A DNA stretch of 64,000 nucleotides, taken from NCBI GenBank assembly GCA_016282015.1, contig JAEEJS010000042.1, forward strand, positions 41,924-105,923, in the 5' to 3' direction. Positions 8,962 to 19,131 of the stretch are shown piece by piece. Position 1 is the stretch's first letter; every line of letters starts with the position of its first letter. The translations under genes and the position numbers were made by a program. The notes under the pieces are model-generated. The model had not been told where the DNA came from. It worked only from the letters and a program-made list of their open reading frames with translations, and did no database searches. This stretch comes from Bacteroidales bacterium (GTDB lineage Bacteria; Bacteroidota; Bacteroidia; Bacteroidales; F082).

Positions 8962-9981
8962 TCAGAGTCTGACTCTCTCGTGTTTGGTCTTTCTTTTCTT
9001 GCTTGCCCACAAGCCGTAAACCTCGCTCACATTACCTGCTGTAATGAAGGCGTTGATGTCGTTTTCGTTGATGTGGTTCATCAGCTTTGAAAACTCGTCT
9101 TTTGTCAAAAGAGCCTCAATTTCCACCTTTTTCTGGTTGCTGTAACCGCCCATCACGTCGTACATGGTAACGCCACGTTCAAGCTCGTTGATGATGAAGT
9201 CGCGCAGGTGACGGTACTCAGGACTGATGATACAGACACGTTTTCTGTTGTTCAAGCCGGCTGTGAAGTAATCGACCACTATACCGTTGATCCATGTACC
9301 GATCAAACCTATGACTACAATGTTGAACGGGTTGATGGCGAAAGCTGTCAAACAGATGACTGTGCCAGCCACTGTCACCGAGGCGCCTATGTCAAAGTGC
9401 AAGTATTTGTTGACTATCTTTGCAAGTATGTCCAAACCGCCTGTCGAAGCGTTGATCTTGAACAGTGTAGCCTGTGCAAAGCTGAGTATGAGCACGAAGC
9501 AGACCAGGTCGAACCAAGGGTCACCCATCAACGATGAGATACCGTCATGCAGAGCCACTGGCGAGTAACCGCTAGCCGATGTGGCGTCGAAGAAGGCGCT
9601 TTTCTCACCATACAATTTGGTGATTACCATCTGGTAAGGCAGGTATTTCTCGAAAAGGGCAGTGAATGGACCGAGAATCAATGCGGTATACACTGTCTTG
9701 ATACCGAACTCCTTGCCTATCAGGAAATAAGCAAGCACCAGCAAAATGGCGTTGATGACGAAAATCATCACTGACACCTCCAAATGCACTCCGAACAAAC
9801 TCTCAGAAACTGTAGCCAGAACGATGGACAAACCCGAAATCGTTCCGATGATGAGCTTGCTGGGTACTAAAAAGTAGTGAACACAAATGGCTGTTAAAAT
9901 CATGCCAAAAGTCATGATCAGAAACTCAACCCAGAATTTCTTCGTAGCCACATAATTCAAAATGTCTTTTGATTTTACCAT
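8962..9981 (-). CDS. YitT-family membrane protein (C-terminal DUF2179-like domain)
   Basis: Multiple TM segments, then a soluble tail 'RKRVCIISPEYRHLRDFIINELERGVTMYDVMGGYSNQKK...AFITAGNVSEVYG'. Confidence 0.8.
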   Translation of the reverse strand: MVKSKDILNYVATKKFWVEFLIMTFGMILTAICVHYFLVPSKLIIGTISGLSIVLATVSESLFGVHLEVSVMIFVINAILLVLAYFLIGKEFGIKTVYTALILGPFTALFEKYLPYQMVITKLYGEKSAFFDATSASGYSPVALHDGISSLMGDPWFDLVCFVLILSFAQATLFKINASTGGLDILAKIVNKYLHFDIGASVTVAGTVICLTAFAINPFNIVVIGLIGTWINGIVVDYFTAGLNNRKRVCIISPEYRHLRDFIINELERGVTMYDVMGGYSNQKKVEIEALLTKDEFSKLMNHINENDINAFITAGNVSEVYGLWASKKRKTKHERVRL

Positions 9982-10022
9982 TGTTTATATTTTTTTTATA
10001 AAAGTCGCACGTTTTCGGGCCG

Positions 10023-10030
10023 CAAAAGTA
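10023..10030 (-). promoter_or_regulatory. candidate -7 box (TAnnTTTG) for the YitT-family gene
   Basis: Plus-strand 'caaaagta' = minus-strand TACTTTTG, 41 nt upstream of ATG 9981. Confidence 0.35.
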
Positions 10031-10107
10031 CGACTTTTTCAGCAGATATATACCTTTTTTGAAAAATTTTTATATCGCTGATTATCAATGGTTTAATCAA
10101 ATAAACT

Positions 10108-13026
10108 CTATTCTATGACGATTTCGTCGCAGAAAATCCAGGCTTTCTCGCCCGCACCCACATGCCAGTCGGGGCATTTTCCTATGGATTTGGCCACCAT
10201 TCTGACGTAGCGGGCTTTCATTTTTTTGCGGATGTCAAGCTCCTGGATGACGGCGTCTTCGGCATCCTCGGCTATCTCGTTTTCGACCACTCCCACCGAT
10301 TTGAACTTCTTGCCGTCGTTAGAGATGAAGAACTCCACCTCCGTAGGCATGAATATCCATGAGTCCTGGTCTTGCAGGAAGCTGCCGGCAAGACGTGTAA
10401 TTTCAGTCTCCTCACCCAGGTCGACTGTGGCATCTAGGTCCACTCCGTAATAGCCCTGCCAGGCGCCTACTCTGAAATTGTCGTTGCCACGCTGGAAGTC
10501 AATCAGAGCGATGTCACCGCCGGCCGCATACTGGTCGCTGTATGGGTGCTTCAATGTGACGCTGCGGCCGGCGTCAATCTTCTTGAACGCTCCGGTAGCC
10601 ACGGTTGACGAACGGTAGTCGACCACTGCCACGGCGTTCACCTCCGTGGTGGCGTGAATCACAAACGGTCCCTCATATTTCGAGGCACTGCGGATAACGC
10701 CTTCTGTGGGGTCGGCAATGTCGAAAGCATAGTAAATGGTTGCATTCTCATCTGGGTGAGTGATGGTCACCAGCAGGCTGTCGTAGAAAACATACTGGTC
10801 GACAGTGATTATTGGGGCTGTGACTATGACATTCCTGTCTATTCTCATCACCGGGCAGTCTTTCTCGTCGGTGGCCCAGGTGGTGTTGCGGTTGCTGGTC
10901 ATCTGGAACTCAAGCTTGCCACCGTTTGCTATCTCGTTGTAGTAGATATAGCTGCGTTTCAGACTCTTGCCGTTGAGTTTCACCGATTCGATGAAGCAGT
11001 TCTCTCTGGACAGATCCTTTGCGATTATGGTGAATTTCTTGCCATTTTCAAGATTCAGAGTCATCTGCTCGAAGTGAGGCACGCCTATCACGTAGTAGCC
11101 GCAGGCCGGAGTCACCGGGAAGAATCCCATGGCGCTCATCACATACCATGCTGACATCTGGCCACAGTCCTCATTGCCGCAAAGGCCGTCGGTCTGGTCG
11201 GTGTAAAGCTCGTTCATGATTTGGTTGACAGTTTTCTGTGTCTTGGTCGGCTTGCCGATGAAGTTGAACAGATAAGCTATATGGTGTGAAGGCTCGTTGC
11301 CGTGAGCGTATTGTCCGATAAGTCCGGTAATGTCCACCTGCTGACGTCCCGTAAGGTCTGACGAAGTGCTGAACAACTGGCTCAACATCTTGCCGTATTC
11401 CTTAGGACCGCCCATCATATCGATGTGGGTATTCACATCCTGAGGCACAAAGAAGTTGTACTGCCAAGTGTTGGCTTCGGTGAGCATGAAGTTGACCTGA
11501 CGTGGGTCGAAAGGTGTCACAAAACCACCGTTTTTACGGCCACGGAAGAACTTAGTCTCAGGGTCGTAGAGGTTTTTGTAGTATTGGGCGCGGGCATAGA
11601 ACTCGTTGGCTATGTCCTGCTTGCCCATCTTATCGGCCATCACGGCTATGCACCAGTCGTCGTAGGCGTATTCGAGTGTGGTTGACACCGACTCGCCGGC
11701 GGCGTCGGCGGCGATATAACCGTATTTCTTATAGTAGTCGAGACCGAAGAAGTCCTTGTTGGCACGGTCCACCATGGCAGCCAAGGCTTTCTCGGCGTCG
11801 AAACCGGTGATACCGTTGACGTAAGCGTCGGCAAACACCGGAATTGAGTGGTAGCCTATCATGCAGTGAGTCTCGTTGGCTGCCAGCTCCCATGTCGGAA
11901 GCAGACCGCCGGTCTCATAGTTGTCTATGAAGGTATTGATGATTTCAACCGAGCGTTTAGGCTGTATAATATTGAGCAAAGGATTCTCTGTGCGGAAGGT
12001 ATCCCACTGCGAGAACACTGTGTAGCGCGGACTGGCCGACTGATGCACCTGCAGATCGTGACCACGATAGCGTCCGTCCACATCCGAATAGAGGTTAGGC
12101 ACTATAAACGAATGATACAGAGCTGTGTAGAAGACGGTTTTGTCTTTCTCGTTGACGCTCTTCACATCTATGCGGCCCAGTTCTTCATTCCACTGGGCGT
12201 AGGTTTTGGCTGCCAAGGCTTCGAGGTCGAAGTCGGTAATCTCCGACTGCAGATTCTTCTTGGCACCCTCAATGTCGACTGCCGAGGTGGCTATGCGCAT
12301 AAGCAGAGGTTGTCCGTCGTTCTCGAAGTCGAAAGCATAGACCAGACCGTCCTTGGTGTTGTCATATTTCTTGATAGGTTTGGAAAATTCCGCATAGAAA
12401 TATATGTACTGGTCGCGAGCCCAGTAGCCGCTGCGGCGGAATCCGCTGATGGCGTTGTCGCCCTCAACCTTAGCCCAAGCCTCGTAAATCTTCTCGGCCG
12501 ACAGTGTGGATTCCTTAAGGTCGAGCATTACCGTGGCATCGCCTCCCTGAGGGAAGGTGTAGCGGTGCATGGCGGCGCGCGTCCCGGCCGCTAACTCCAC
12601 TTTGATATTGTAATCGTCCAGCAGCACGCTGTAAAATCCAGGGCGCGCCGCCTCATTTTCGTGACGGAATGCCGAACGGTAACCATCCGATGTGTACTGC
12701 CTCTTGCCCATGGTAGGCATGAAGCGGAAATCGCCGTAGTCGTTGCAGCCCGTGCCGCTCAAGTGAGTGTGGCTGAATCCGAGTATGTGGTCGTCGGTGT
12801 AATGATAGCCGGAGCAGCCGTCCCAATCGTCCATGCGGGTGTCAGGACTGAGCTGTATCATTCCGAAAGGAGCAGTGGCGCCAGGATAGGTGTGTCCATG
12901 GCCTCCGGTACCTATGAAAGTGTTGACGTATTCGGCCGGCTCACGTCCGGAGTCGGCAATTTGAGGTTCTGATGAGCATGCCGCAAAAAACATCGCGACA
13001 ACAAGTAATAAAGCTGATTTTTTCAT
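10108..13026 (-). CDS. GH92-family alpha-mannosidase lipoprotein with C-terminal discoidin (F5/8 type C)-like domain
   Basis: Lipobox 'FFAACSS'. GH92 signature 'FIGTGGHGHTYPGATAPFGMIQLSPDT'; also 'GNEPSHHIAYLF'. The C-terminal ~150 aa have a carbohydrate-binding-like pattern ('ARYVRMVAKS...WIFCDEIVIE'). Confidence 0.88.
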   Translation of the reverse strand: MKKSALLLVVAMFFAACSSEPQIADSGREPAEYVNTFIGTGGHGHTYPGATAPFGMIQLSPDTRMDDWDGCSGYHYTDDHILGFSHTHLSGTGCNDYGDFRFMPTMGKRQYTSDGYRSAFRHENEAARPGFYSVLLDDYNIKVELAAGTRAAMHRYTFPQGGDATVMLDLKESTLSAEKIYEAWAKVEGDNAISGFRRSGYWARDQYIYFYAEFSKPIKKYDNTKDGLVYAFDFENDGQPLLMRIATSAVDIEGAKKNLQSEITDFDLEALAAKTYAQWNEELGRIDVKSVNEKDKTVFYTALYHSFIVPNLYSDVDGRYRGHDLQVHQSASPRYTVFSQWDTFRTENPLLNIIQPKRSVEIINTFIDNYETGGLLPTWELAANETHCMIGYHSIPVFADAYVNGITGFDAEKALAAMVDRANKDFFGLDYYKKYGYIAADAAGESVSTTLEYAYDDWCIAVMADKMGKQDIANEFYARAQYYKNLYDPETKFFRGRKNGGFVTPFDPRQVNFMLTEANTWQYNFFVPQDVNTHIDMMGGPKEYGKMLSQLFSTSSDLTGRQQVDITGLIGQYAHGNEPSHHIAYLFNFIGKPTKTQKTVNQIMNELYTDQTDGLCGNEDCGQMSAWYVMSAMGFFPVTPACGYYVIGVPHFEQMTLNLENGKKFTIIAKDLSRENCFIESVKLNGKSLKRSYIYYNEIANGGKLEFQMTSNRNTTWATDEKDCPVMRIDRNVIVTAPIITVDQYVFYDSLLVTITHPDENATIYYAFDIADPTEGVIRSASKYEGPFVIHATTEVNAVAVVDYRSSTVATGAFKKIDAGRSVTLKHPYSDQYAAGGDIALIDFQRGNDNFRVGAWQGYYGVDLDATVDLGEETEITRLAGSFLQDQDSWIFMPTEVEFFISNDGKKFKSVGVVENEIAEDAEDAVIQELDIRKKMKARYVRMVAKSIGKCPDWHVGAGEKAWIFCDEIVIE

Positions 13027-13165
13027 ATTATGTTATTTGATTTGTTTCAAAAACACTAAAAAACTTACCCGTTTTCGAGGCATAAAATTACTACATTTTC
13101 AATTACAACGGCTTGTTTTTGGATTTTTTTTAAAAAAAACTTACACCTTATATTAAAAAAAGTAG

Positions 13166-13173
13166 TACTTTTG
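13166..13173 (+). promoter_or_regulatory. candidate -7 box (TAnnTTTG) for the 13246 gene
   Basis: 'TACTTTTG' 72 nt upstream of ATG 13246. Confidence 0.35.
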
Positions 13174-13245
13174 CGACGCATTAAAAAAATGGTGCATTTG
13201 AAATAAGAAATTAACTTAATTAATTACTAACTAAAATTTCACAAA

Positions 13246-15216
13246 ATGAAAAAAGTATTATTACTTTCACTCGGCCTTGTTTTAGGCTTTGGTGCTTTCG
13301 CACAGAGACAGGTCATTAAGAATGACCTCATTAAAGGTCAGGCTTATGGCAAAGTCCAAGCTATCGGCAAAGACATGCCAACTGAAGCTTCAACATTCGC
13401 TCCACAGTCAGCTCAGAGCGTCGTCACAAACAGATACGAAGAGCTCGAAGACTACATCACAATGTGGACATATTATGACCTTCAGTCAAACCAGTATGTA
13501 GCAAACCGTATGTACCAGTTACCTAACGGTTCAGTTGCAGCAGTAGCTACAATGTCACACGAAGACAACCAGACCGCTTCAGACCGTGGTACAGGTTACA
13601 ACTTCTTCGATGGCAATGATTGGAACGACATGCCTGAGAATCGCGTTGAGCCTTTCAAGACAGGTTGGCCTTCAATCGCACGTTTTGGTGCTAACGGTGA
13701 AATCCTCCTCGCTCACGGCAACGGCCACATGCAGTGCTTCATTAGAACAACTGCCGGTCAGGGTGAATGGACATATGTTGGAGCTCTTCCGGACTACCCA
13801 GAAGGATATGCTTACACAACAGAATACCCAACATGGCCAAGAATCGTCACATGCGGTGATAACCATAATATCGCAGTTGCTGTCGCTATTCTTCAGCACT
13901 CAATCAGTTCAGACGAAACCGACCTCCAGACAGTGATGTGGCGTTCAGAAAACCCAGCTGACATCAACAGCTGGACAATCAGCTACGGTCCTCTTCACGA
14001 TCTTGACACTCCTTGGGATCACAACCAATTCTCCGCTGACGACTACTGCATGGCAGCTAACGGTCACACAGTGGCTCTCATGTACTCAGGTTGCATAACC
14101 AACAGCGTTTGGATGTTCAAATCAACCGATGACGGTGCAACATGGGAATCAACAAGAGTTTGGGAAAACCCCTACGAAGGAAGAGAATTTGACGAAGAAC
14201 CTGCTTGGGGTATGGAAGACACACTTTACATGCCTATGAACGGTTCTATCGTTATCGACAACAGCGGAGTTGTCCACGTTGCTCTCAACACATTTGAGAT
14301 GGAGCATACTTTGGAGAACGAGCCAGGTTACTACACATACTATATGGGTCGTGGCGTCGACGGTATCCTTTACTGGAACGACACTCAGGTAGCTCCTATC
14401 CAGTCACCTGACGGCAACCCACACCACGCAGCACGTCTCTGGTGGCCATCAGAAGAGTCAGGTTATGTTCACATGGTGAACGATTCAACAAAGTGGATCG
14501 GCATGATTCCTATGTTCGAAGGTGCAGAATGGAGTAATGACAACTTCTACATGTCAGGATCAGAGTATGTCAGCAAGTTCTACGGCGCTTCAGGTCACCC
14601 AGCTTTGTCATGCGATCCTAACGGCAACCTCGCCTGCGCATTCTCATCACCAGACTGCGGTCGTGTTCTCTACAACAACCAGTACTACTACAGAAGCATT
14701 TTCGTAAGCTACCTTAACGTTGACGAAGGTTACTGGCACCAGCTTGAAGACAGCTTCATGGAAACATTCGAGCTTTCAATGTCAGAAGGCGTGTTCACAT
14801 GCGCAGTTCCGAACGTTGTCAACGAAGGTGAATACTGGTTCTCATACCAGGAAGACCCTGAAGTCGGTTTCTACTGGGGCACCAACGCTTCACAGGCATC
14901 AGCTTCAGAAAACAACATCCACGTCCTTAAGGTTATTCCGGATCCGGCATTCTTAAACGTTCCTGCTACAGAGGCTCAGAACATCATCAACGCCATCTAT
15001 CCTAACCCAGCTACAGACTACGTGGTTGTCAACTCAGCTATGAACGCTGACGCTACAATCACATTCACCAACCTCGCTGGTCAGACAGTGAAGAGCTTCG
15101 AGAAGAACCTCACAGTCGGTGAGAACGGTATCAACATCGACCTCGAAAGCGGTGTTTACTTCGTGACAGTCAGCGCCAACGGCTTCAACAAGACAACTAA
15201 AGTTATTGTTAAGTAA
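13246..15216 (+). CDS. secreted T9SS cargo protein with an Asp-box (BNR) motif; function unknown
   Basis: Signal peptide 'LLSLGLVLGFGAFAQ', one Asp-box 'STDDGATWES', and a type-A T9SS sorting domain at the C-terminus ('IYPNPATDYVVVNS...GVYFVTVSANGFNKTTKVIVK'). Confidence 0.8.
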   Translation: MKKVLLLSLGLVLGFGAFAQRQVIKNDLIKGQAYGKVQAIGKDMPTEASTFAPQSAQSVVTNRYEELEDYITMWTYYDLQSNQYVANRMYQLPNGSVAAVATMSHEDNQTASDRGTGYNFFDGNDWNDMPENRVEPFKTGWPSIARFGANGEILLAHGNGHMQCFIRTTAGQGEWTYVGALPDYPEGYAYTTEYPTWPRIVTCGDNHNIAVAVAILQHSISSDETDLQTVMWRSENPADINSWTISYGPLHDLDTPWDHNQFSADDYCMAANGHTVALMYSGCITNSVWMFKSTDDGATWESTRVWENPYEGREFDEEPAWGMEDTLYMPMNGSIVIDNSGVVHVALNTFEMEHTLENEPGYYTYYMGRGVDGILYWNDTQVAPIQSPDGNPHHAARLWWPSEESGYVHMVNDSTKWIGMIPMFEGAEWSNDNFYMSGSEYVSKFYGASGHPALSCDPNGNLACAFSSPDCGRVLYNNQYYYRSIFVSYLNVDEGYWHQLEDSFMETFELSMSEGVFTCAVPNVVNEGEYWFSYQEDPEVGFYWGTNASQASASENNIHVLKVIPDPAFLNVPATEAQNIINAIYPNPATDYVVVNSAMNADATITFTNLAGQTVKSFEKNLTVGENGINIDLESGVYFVTVSANGFNKTTKVIVK

Positions 15217-15234
15217 GCTTTAAGGTATGACAAT

Positions 15235-15268
15235 AAAAAAGGCTTCGCGATTGCGAAGCCTTTTTTTT
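15235..15268. terminator. bidirectional rho-independent terminator between convergent genes
   Basis: AAAAAAGGCTTCGC-GATT-GCGAAGCCTTTTTTTT: a GC-rich 8-bp core stem flanked by an A-run and a T-run. Confidence 0.8.
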
Positions 15269-15280
15269 ATTTGTCTTAAA

Positions 15281-16204
15281 TCAGAACCACCATTTGCGGT
15301 GACGGAAAAAGAGAGTCATACCCACTCCCATCACCGTCATAACACCTACTATAACCCATAAGGCGGTTACCGAACCTTCAGGAATGAAGGGGAACACCAC
15401 ATTCATACCGAAAATACCGGTTATAAATGTCAAAGGCAGAATGATAGACGACATCAGGGTGAGAATCTTCATGATCTCGTTGGTCTTGTTGGTCTGCATT
15501 GAATCGAAAGTCTTCGACAAGCCTTCAATCAAGTCCTCATAGTCCTCGGTCATATCCCATACCTTCTGGTAGTAGTCGAGTATGTTGCCCCAGTAGTCTT
15601 CCATGTACTCCAGATCGCCGAAACCCCTGATCTGACCTGTTTCGAAGGAGTGGAACACCCTGAGCTGAGGTTTGAATATAGTGTTTATTGTGATAATGTT
15701 CTTTCGTGTGACACTGATTCTCTCGATAATCTTAACCTGCTTTGAGCCGAACAGCTCCCGGTTTATCAACTCCAGGTCCAAGCCCACTTTCTTGAGCAGA
15801 TAAAGTGACTCCTTCATCAGCTTTTCGAATATGCGGTACAGCAGAATATCCGAAGTCTTGAGGTTTTTCTCGAGTTCTTCCACATCACGCTCCTGATACT
15901 CGCTGAACAGCTGGCTCACATACCAAGGCGATTTCTCAAGGGTTATGATATAGTCCTTGCCCCAGAAAAACTTCACCTCTTTGGTCTTGATGAACTTGTT
16001 CTGACGGTCAAAATTAGGATACTGAAGAATCAGGAAGTAATAATCGTCGTAGATATCTATTTTCGGACGTTGGTTCAACGATTTGCAGTCCTCAATATCA
16101 AGGGGGTGGAAATGGAATTTCTCTTTCAGAAATTTAAAGTCTTCTTCCGCCGGATTGGTCACATGACGCCATTTAAGCGAGCCGATTGTCAAAGTCTCAA
16201 TCAT
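15281..16204 (-). CDS. corA: CorA-family magnesium/cobalt transporter
   Basis: Two C-terminal TM helices with the 'GMN' signature ('ITGIFGMNVVFPF'). The 307-aa size is typical. Confidence 0.85.
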   Translation of the reverse strand: MIETLTIGSLKWRHVTNPAEEDFKFLKEKFHFHPLDIEDCKSLNQRPKIDIYDDYYFLILQYPNFDRQNKFIKTKEVKFFWGKDYIITLEKSPWYVSQLFSEYQERDVEELEKNLKTSDILLYRIFEKLMKESLYLLKKVGLDLELINRELFGSKQVKIIERISVTRKNIITINTIFKPQLRVFHSFETGQIRGFGDLEYMEDYWGNILDYYQKVWDMTEDYEDLIEGLSKTFDSMQTNKTNEIMKILTLMSSIILPLTFITGIFGMNVVFPFIPEGSVTALWVIVGVMTVMGVGMTLFFRHRKWWF

Positions 16205-16268
16205 GCTTTGTCCCCCTTTCTATTTTAAAAAAATTCTACATTCGATTACTGTTTACGATAAAAACGTG

Positions 16269-16276
16269 CAAAAATA
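16269..16276 (-). promoter_or_regulatory. candidate -7 box (TAnnTTTG) for corA
   Basis: Plus-strand 'caaaaata' = minus-strand TATTTTTG, 64 nt upstream of ATG 16204. Confidence 0.35.
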
Positions 16277-16309
16277 GAACTTTTTTTCAAAAGAAGCAAG
16301 AAAAAAATG

Positions 16310-16891
16310 TCACTTCCACTCCATTGTGTTAATCAAATGCCTCACGTCGTCGGTTATAAAACCTATTACAGGCTGGAGAGAATCGTTGTTGGGATAGATA
16401 TTGAAATACAATGAGCCACGTAAAAAATGGCTGGTACTGTCGGTCAGATAAAACTGCAAAGGCGAGGCCACGCCTTCCCCTTCGAGGAAGTAAACCAGGC
16501 CGTAAACATTCCTGTCGTGGTTTATGATGACGCTGTCGCGTATGCCTGTGGCTTTGGTGATATGCTTGGTTATCATCAGATAGGCATCCTCAAGATACTC
16601 GTGAAGGTTATGGTTAACTGTTTTGTACGACAGATGCACCGTACCCTTGAAAGTCGGGAACTCCACATTGGCCCAGTCACGTTCCTGAGGCGACAGATAA
16701 TCAGGAGTTATGGTGGCATAGACCGGGTATTCGAAGGCGTAATGACGCATAGTGTCAAGCTTGACATACTGTTTTTCGGGCAAATCAATGCGGAAATAGC
16801 CACGCGGCTTAGGCTGCGGATGCCTATCGCCGCACGAAACCATCGCCAGCAGCAACAGCACAAGAGCCAAGCTAATCTTCAGCCTTTTCAT
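16310..16891 (-). CDS. gldD: gliding-motility-type lipoprotein GldD
   Basis: Lipobox 'LAMVSCG', 'PKPRGYFRIDLPEKQY', C-terminal 'FLRGSLYF...MEWK'. It sits immediately downstream of gldE, as in Flavobacterium johnsoniae. Confidence 0.75.
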   Translation of the reverse strand: MKRLKISLALVLLLLAMVSCGDRHPQPKPRGYFRIDLPEKQYVKLDTMRHYAFEYPVYATITPDYLSPQERDWANVEFPTFKGTVHLSYKTVNHNLHEYLEDAYLMITKHITKATGIRDSVIINHDRNVYGLVYFLEGEGVASPLQFYLTDSTSHFLRGSLYFNIYPNNDSLQPVIGFITDDVRHLINTMEWK

Positions 16892-18194
16892 TGTAGGTCA
16901 CTTTGATTTCTATTATACGACGCTTGTCGGCTTTTTCAATTTTAAATACAAACTCCTTGTATGATGTGGAGAATCCCGCCGGAGGGATGCGGCTTTCCAT
17001 CTCGAGTATGAGTCCGGCCAGAGTGTCCGACTCGCCTTTTATGTCTTCGAAATACAACTCATTGATTTCAAATACCTTGCAGAAGTCAACCAAACTTGTC
17101 TGGGCTTTGAAGATATAAGTCTTATCGTCAATTTTCTTGTAGTTCTGATTATCGGCCACCACGTCAAACTCGTCGCTTATGTCGCCCACTATCTCTTCGA
17201 GCACGTCCTCCATGGTCACCAGACCCGAGGTTCCGCCATATTCGTCAACCACTATGGCTATATGTATCTTCTTGGCGCGGAAATCCTGGAAGAGGTCATT
17301 TATCTTCTTGTTCTCAGGCACGAAGAAGGCCGGGCGAAGCAGGTTCTGCCATTTGAAGTCGGGGTCGTCCAAATGCGGCAAAAGGTCTTTCACGTAAAGT
17401 ATTCCCTTTATGTCGTCAAGAGTGTCTCCGTAAACCGGAATTCTTGAGAAACCGTTCTCAATAATGGCATCAATCAGAGTGTCAAACTTCTTGGTGTATT
17501 TTATGGCGAAAAGGCCGACTCTCGGCTGCATAATGTCACTCACCTCTTTCTCGCCGAAGGTGGCTATGCCTTGCAGCATGGTACGCTCCTCAATTGGTGT
17601 CTCTTCGTCAGTAGTGATGTCGACAGCAGTAGTCAAGTCACTGATTGACAAAACATTGGCATTCTTTTTAGCCATGCGTTTGTCGATTATCGAAGTCGAC
17701 TTGACCATTAGCAAACTGAGAGGTTTGAACACTGCCATCAGCACCTTTATGGTAGGAGCCAGAGAGGTGGCCAGCTGACGGGCTTTCTTGGCAGCCGTGA
17801 TTTTAGGTATCATCTCGCCGAAAATCAACAGCAGCGAGGTCACCACTATCACATTGATAACAAAGGCCCAAACCGGATTGGCAGCCATATTGAACATCTT
17901 CGACATAATGAATGTCGAGAAGATGGTTATGGTAACATTTATTAAATTATTGGTTATCAATATAGTTGCCAAAAACTGTTTTGGCTTCTCACGCAACTCC
18001 AATACCAATTTGTCGGAACGGCGCGAAGAGTTCTCCAACTCGTTTATGTCGTTTGGCAAAAGTGAGAAAAAGGCGGTCTCACTCGCCGAAGCGAGAGCGG
18101 AAAACAGTAAAAGCACACACAAAATAACAAGGTACAATACAGTAGTCCATGTTATTCCAAGGAAAAACTGCGGTTCAGCAATAGGTATGTCCAT
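16872..18194 (-). CDS. gldE: GldE (DUF21 - 2xCBS - CorC/HlyC transporter-associated domain protein)
   Basis: N-terminal four-TM DUF21-like region, a CBS pair ('FSRIPVYGDTLDDIKGILYVKDLL', 'HIAIVVDEYGGTSGLVTMEDVLEEIVG') and a C-terminal CorC_HlyC-like domain. ssb-gldE-gldD synteny. Overlaps gldD by 20 nt. Confidence 0.78.
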   Translation of the reverse strand: MDIPIAEPQFFLGITWTTVLYLVILCVLLLFSALASASETAFFSLLPNDINELENSSRRSDKLVLELREKPKQFLATILITNNLINVTITIFSTFIMSKMFNMAANPVWAFVINVIVVTSLLLIFGEMIPKITAAKKARQLATSLAPTIKVLMAVFKPLSLLMVKSTSIIDKRMAKKNANVLSISDLTTAVDITTDEETPIEERTMLQGIATFGEKEVSDIMQPRVGLFAIKYTKKFDTLIDAIIENGFSRIPVYGDTLDDIKGILYVKDLLPHLDDPDFKWQNLLRPAFFVPENKKINDLFQDFRAKKIHIAIVVDEYGGTSGLVTMEDVLEEIVGDISDEFDVVADNQNYKKIDDKTYIFKAQTSLVDFCKVFEINELYFEDIKGESDTLAGLILEMESRIPPAGFSTSYKEFVFKIEKADKRRIIEIKVTYNEKAED

Positions 18195-18200
18195 GATAGA

Positions 18201-18677
18201 TTAGAATGGAAGATCGTCGCCGTTATAATCCTGACTCGGCATTTGAGGCTCTGCAGGTGCCTGGTATTGCTGTTGCGGCTGGTATTGAGGCTGTTGCTGT
18301 TGATACTGGGACTGTTGATACTGAGGCTGTTGCGGACGGTTGCCGCCAAGGCTCATCATTTTGTCAACTATAATCTCTGTAATATGACGTGTAACATTCT
18401 GGTTGTCAACATATTGACGTGAACGGATACGACCCTCCACGTACATCTGGTCGCCCTTCACATAATTGCGGCGCTTGTCAGCTATATCTTGTGCAAGAGT
18501 ACCCCAGCTGACCAGATTGTGCCACTCGGTTTGCTCCTGCCAGTTGCCGTCGCGGTCACGATAACGCTCTGTGGTAGCGAGCGACACTGTCATTTTCTTT
18601 GTTCCATTGTCGAAATTAATCACTTCCGGGTCCTTGCCCAGATTGCCAATCAAGATAACTTTATTCAGACTTGCCAT
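18201..18677 (-). CDS. ssb: single-stranded DNA-binding protein
   Basis: 'MASLNKVILIGNLGKDPE' OB fold, a Q/P/Y-rich linker and the acidic tip 'DDLPF'. Confidence 0.95.
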   Translation of the reverse strand: MASLNKVILIGNLGKDPEVINFDNGTKKMTVSLATTERYRDRDGNWQEQTEWHNLVSWGTLAQDIADKRRNYVKGDQMYVEGRIRSRQYVDNQNVTRHITEIIVDKMMSLGGNRPQQPQYQQSQYQQQQPQYQPQQQYQAPAEPQMPSQDYNGDDLPF

Positions 18678-18719
18678 AACTAAAAAAATTTAATCACAAA
18701 CACATTATAATTAATGACG

Positions 18720-18727
18720 CAAAATTA
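18720..18727 (-). promoter_or_regulatory. candidate -7 box (TAnnTTTG) for the ssb-gldE-gldD operon
   Basis: Plus-strand 'caaaatta' = minus-strand TAATTTTG, 42 nt upstream of ATG 18677. Confidence 0.4.
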
Positions 18728-18800
18728 CCAAAATTTTTGTATCATCAAGAGAATGAATGAAAAAAATTAATTTTTTTGTCCGTTGTAATAAAAATCTTAT

Positions 18801-18808
18801 TATTTTTG
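18801..18808 (+). promoter_or_regulatory. candidate -7 box (TAnnTTTG) for the HU gene
   Basis: 'TATTTTTG' 42 nt upstream of ATG 18851. Confidence 0.4.
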
Positions 18809-18850
18809 CAGCCGAAAAAAAAGTAACTAACAATTAAAATATTATAAGTC

Positions 18851-19123
18851 ATGACAAAAGCTGAAATCGTAGCGAAAATCGCTGAAAAAACTGGTGTTGA
18901 AAAAGGCAGCACTCAGGCAGTTGTTGAATCATTCATGGAGATCGTGAAGGAAGCCGTCAAGAATAACGAAGACGTTTATCTGAGAGGTTTCGGTAGCTTC
19001 AAGACCAAAGTGAGAGCTGAAAAAGTCGGTAGAAACATCAAAGCCGGTACACGCATTGTGATCCCGGAACATAAAATCCCTGCATTTAAACCTGCCAAAT
19101 CATTCATCAACGATATTAAGTAA
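18851..19123 (+). CDS. hup: HU-family DNA-binding protein
   Basis: 90 aa; 'MTKAEIVAKIAEKTG', 'LRGFGSFKTKVRAEKVGRNIKAGTRIVIPEHKIPAFKP'. Confidence 0.93.
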   Translation: MTKAEIVAKIAEKTGVEKGSTQAVVESFMEIVKEAVKNNEDVYLRGFGSFKTKVRAEKVGRNIKAGTRIVIPEHKIPAFKPAKSFINDIK

Positions 19124-19131
19124 TTTGTATT

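Noticed and set aside
9982-10107. Possible terminator hairpin for the GH92 gene (GTCGCACGTTTTCGG / CCGCAAAAGTACGAC, approx. 10004-10036).
   Set aside because: Only 12 of 15 positions pair, and it overlaps the candidate promoter box of the YitT-family gene. It is too weak to call as a feature.
18201-18350. Q/P/Y-rich repetitive DNA at the 3' end of ssb.
   Set aside because: This is the normal intrinsically disordered linker that precedes the conserved acidic tip (DDLPF) of bacterial SSB. It is not a separate feature.
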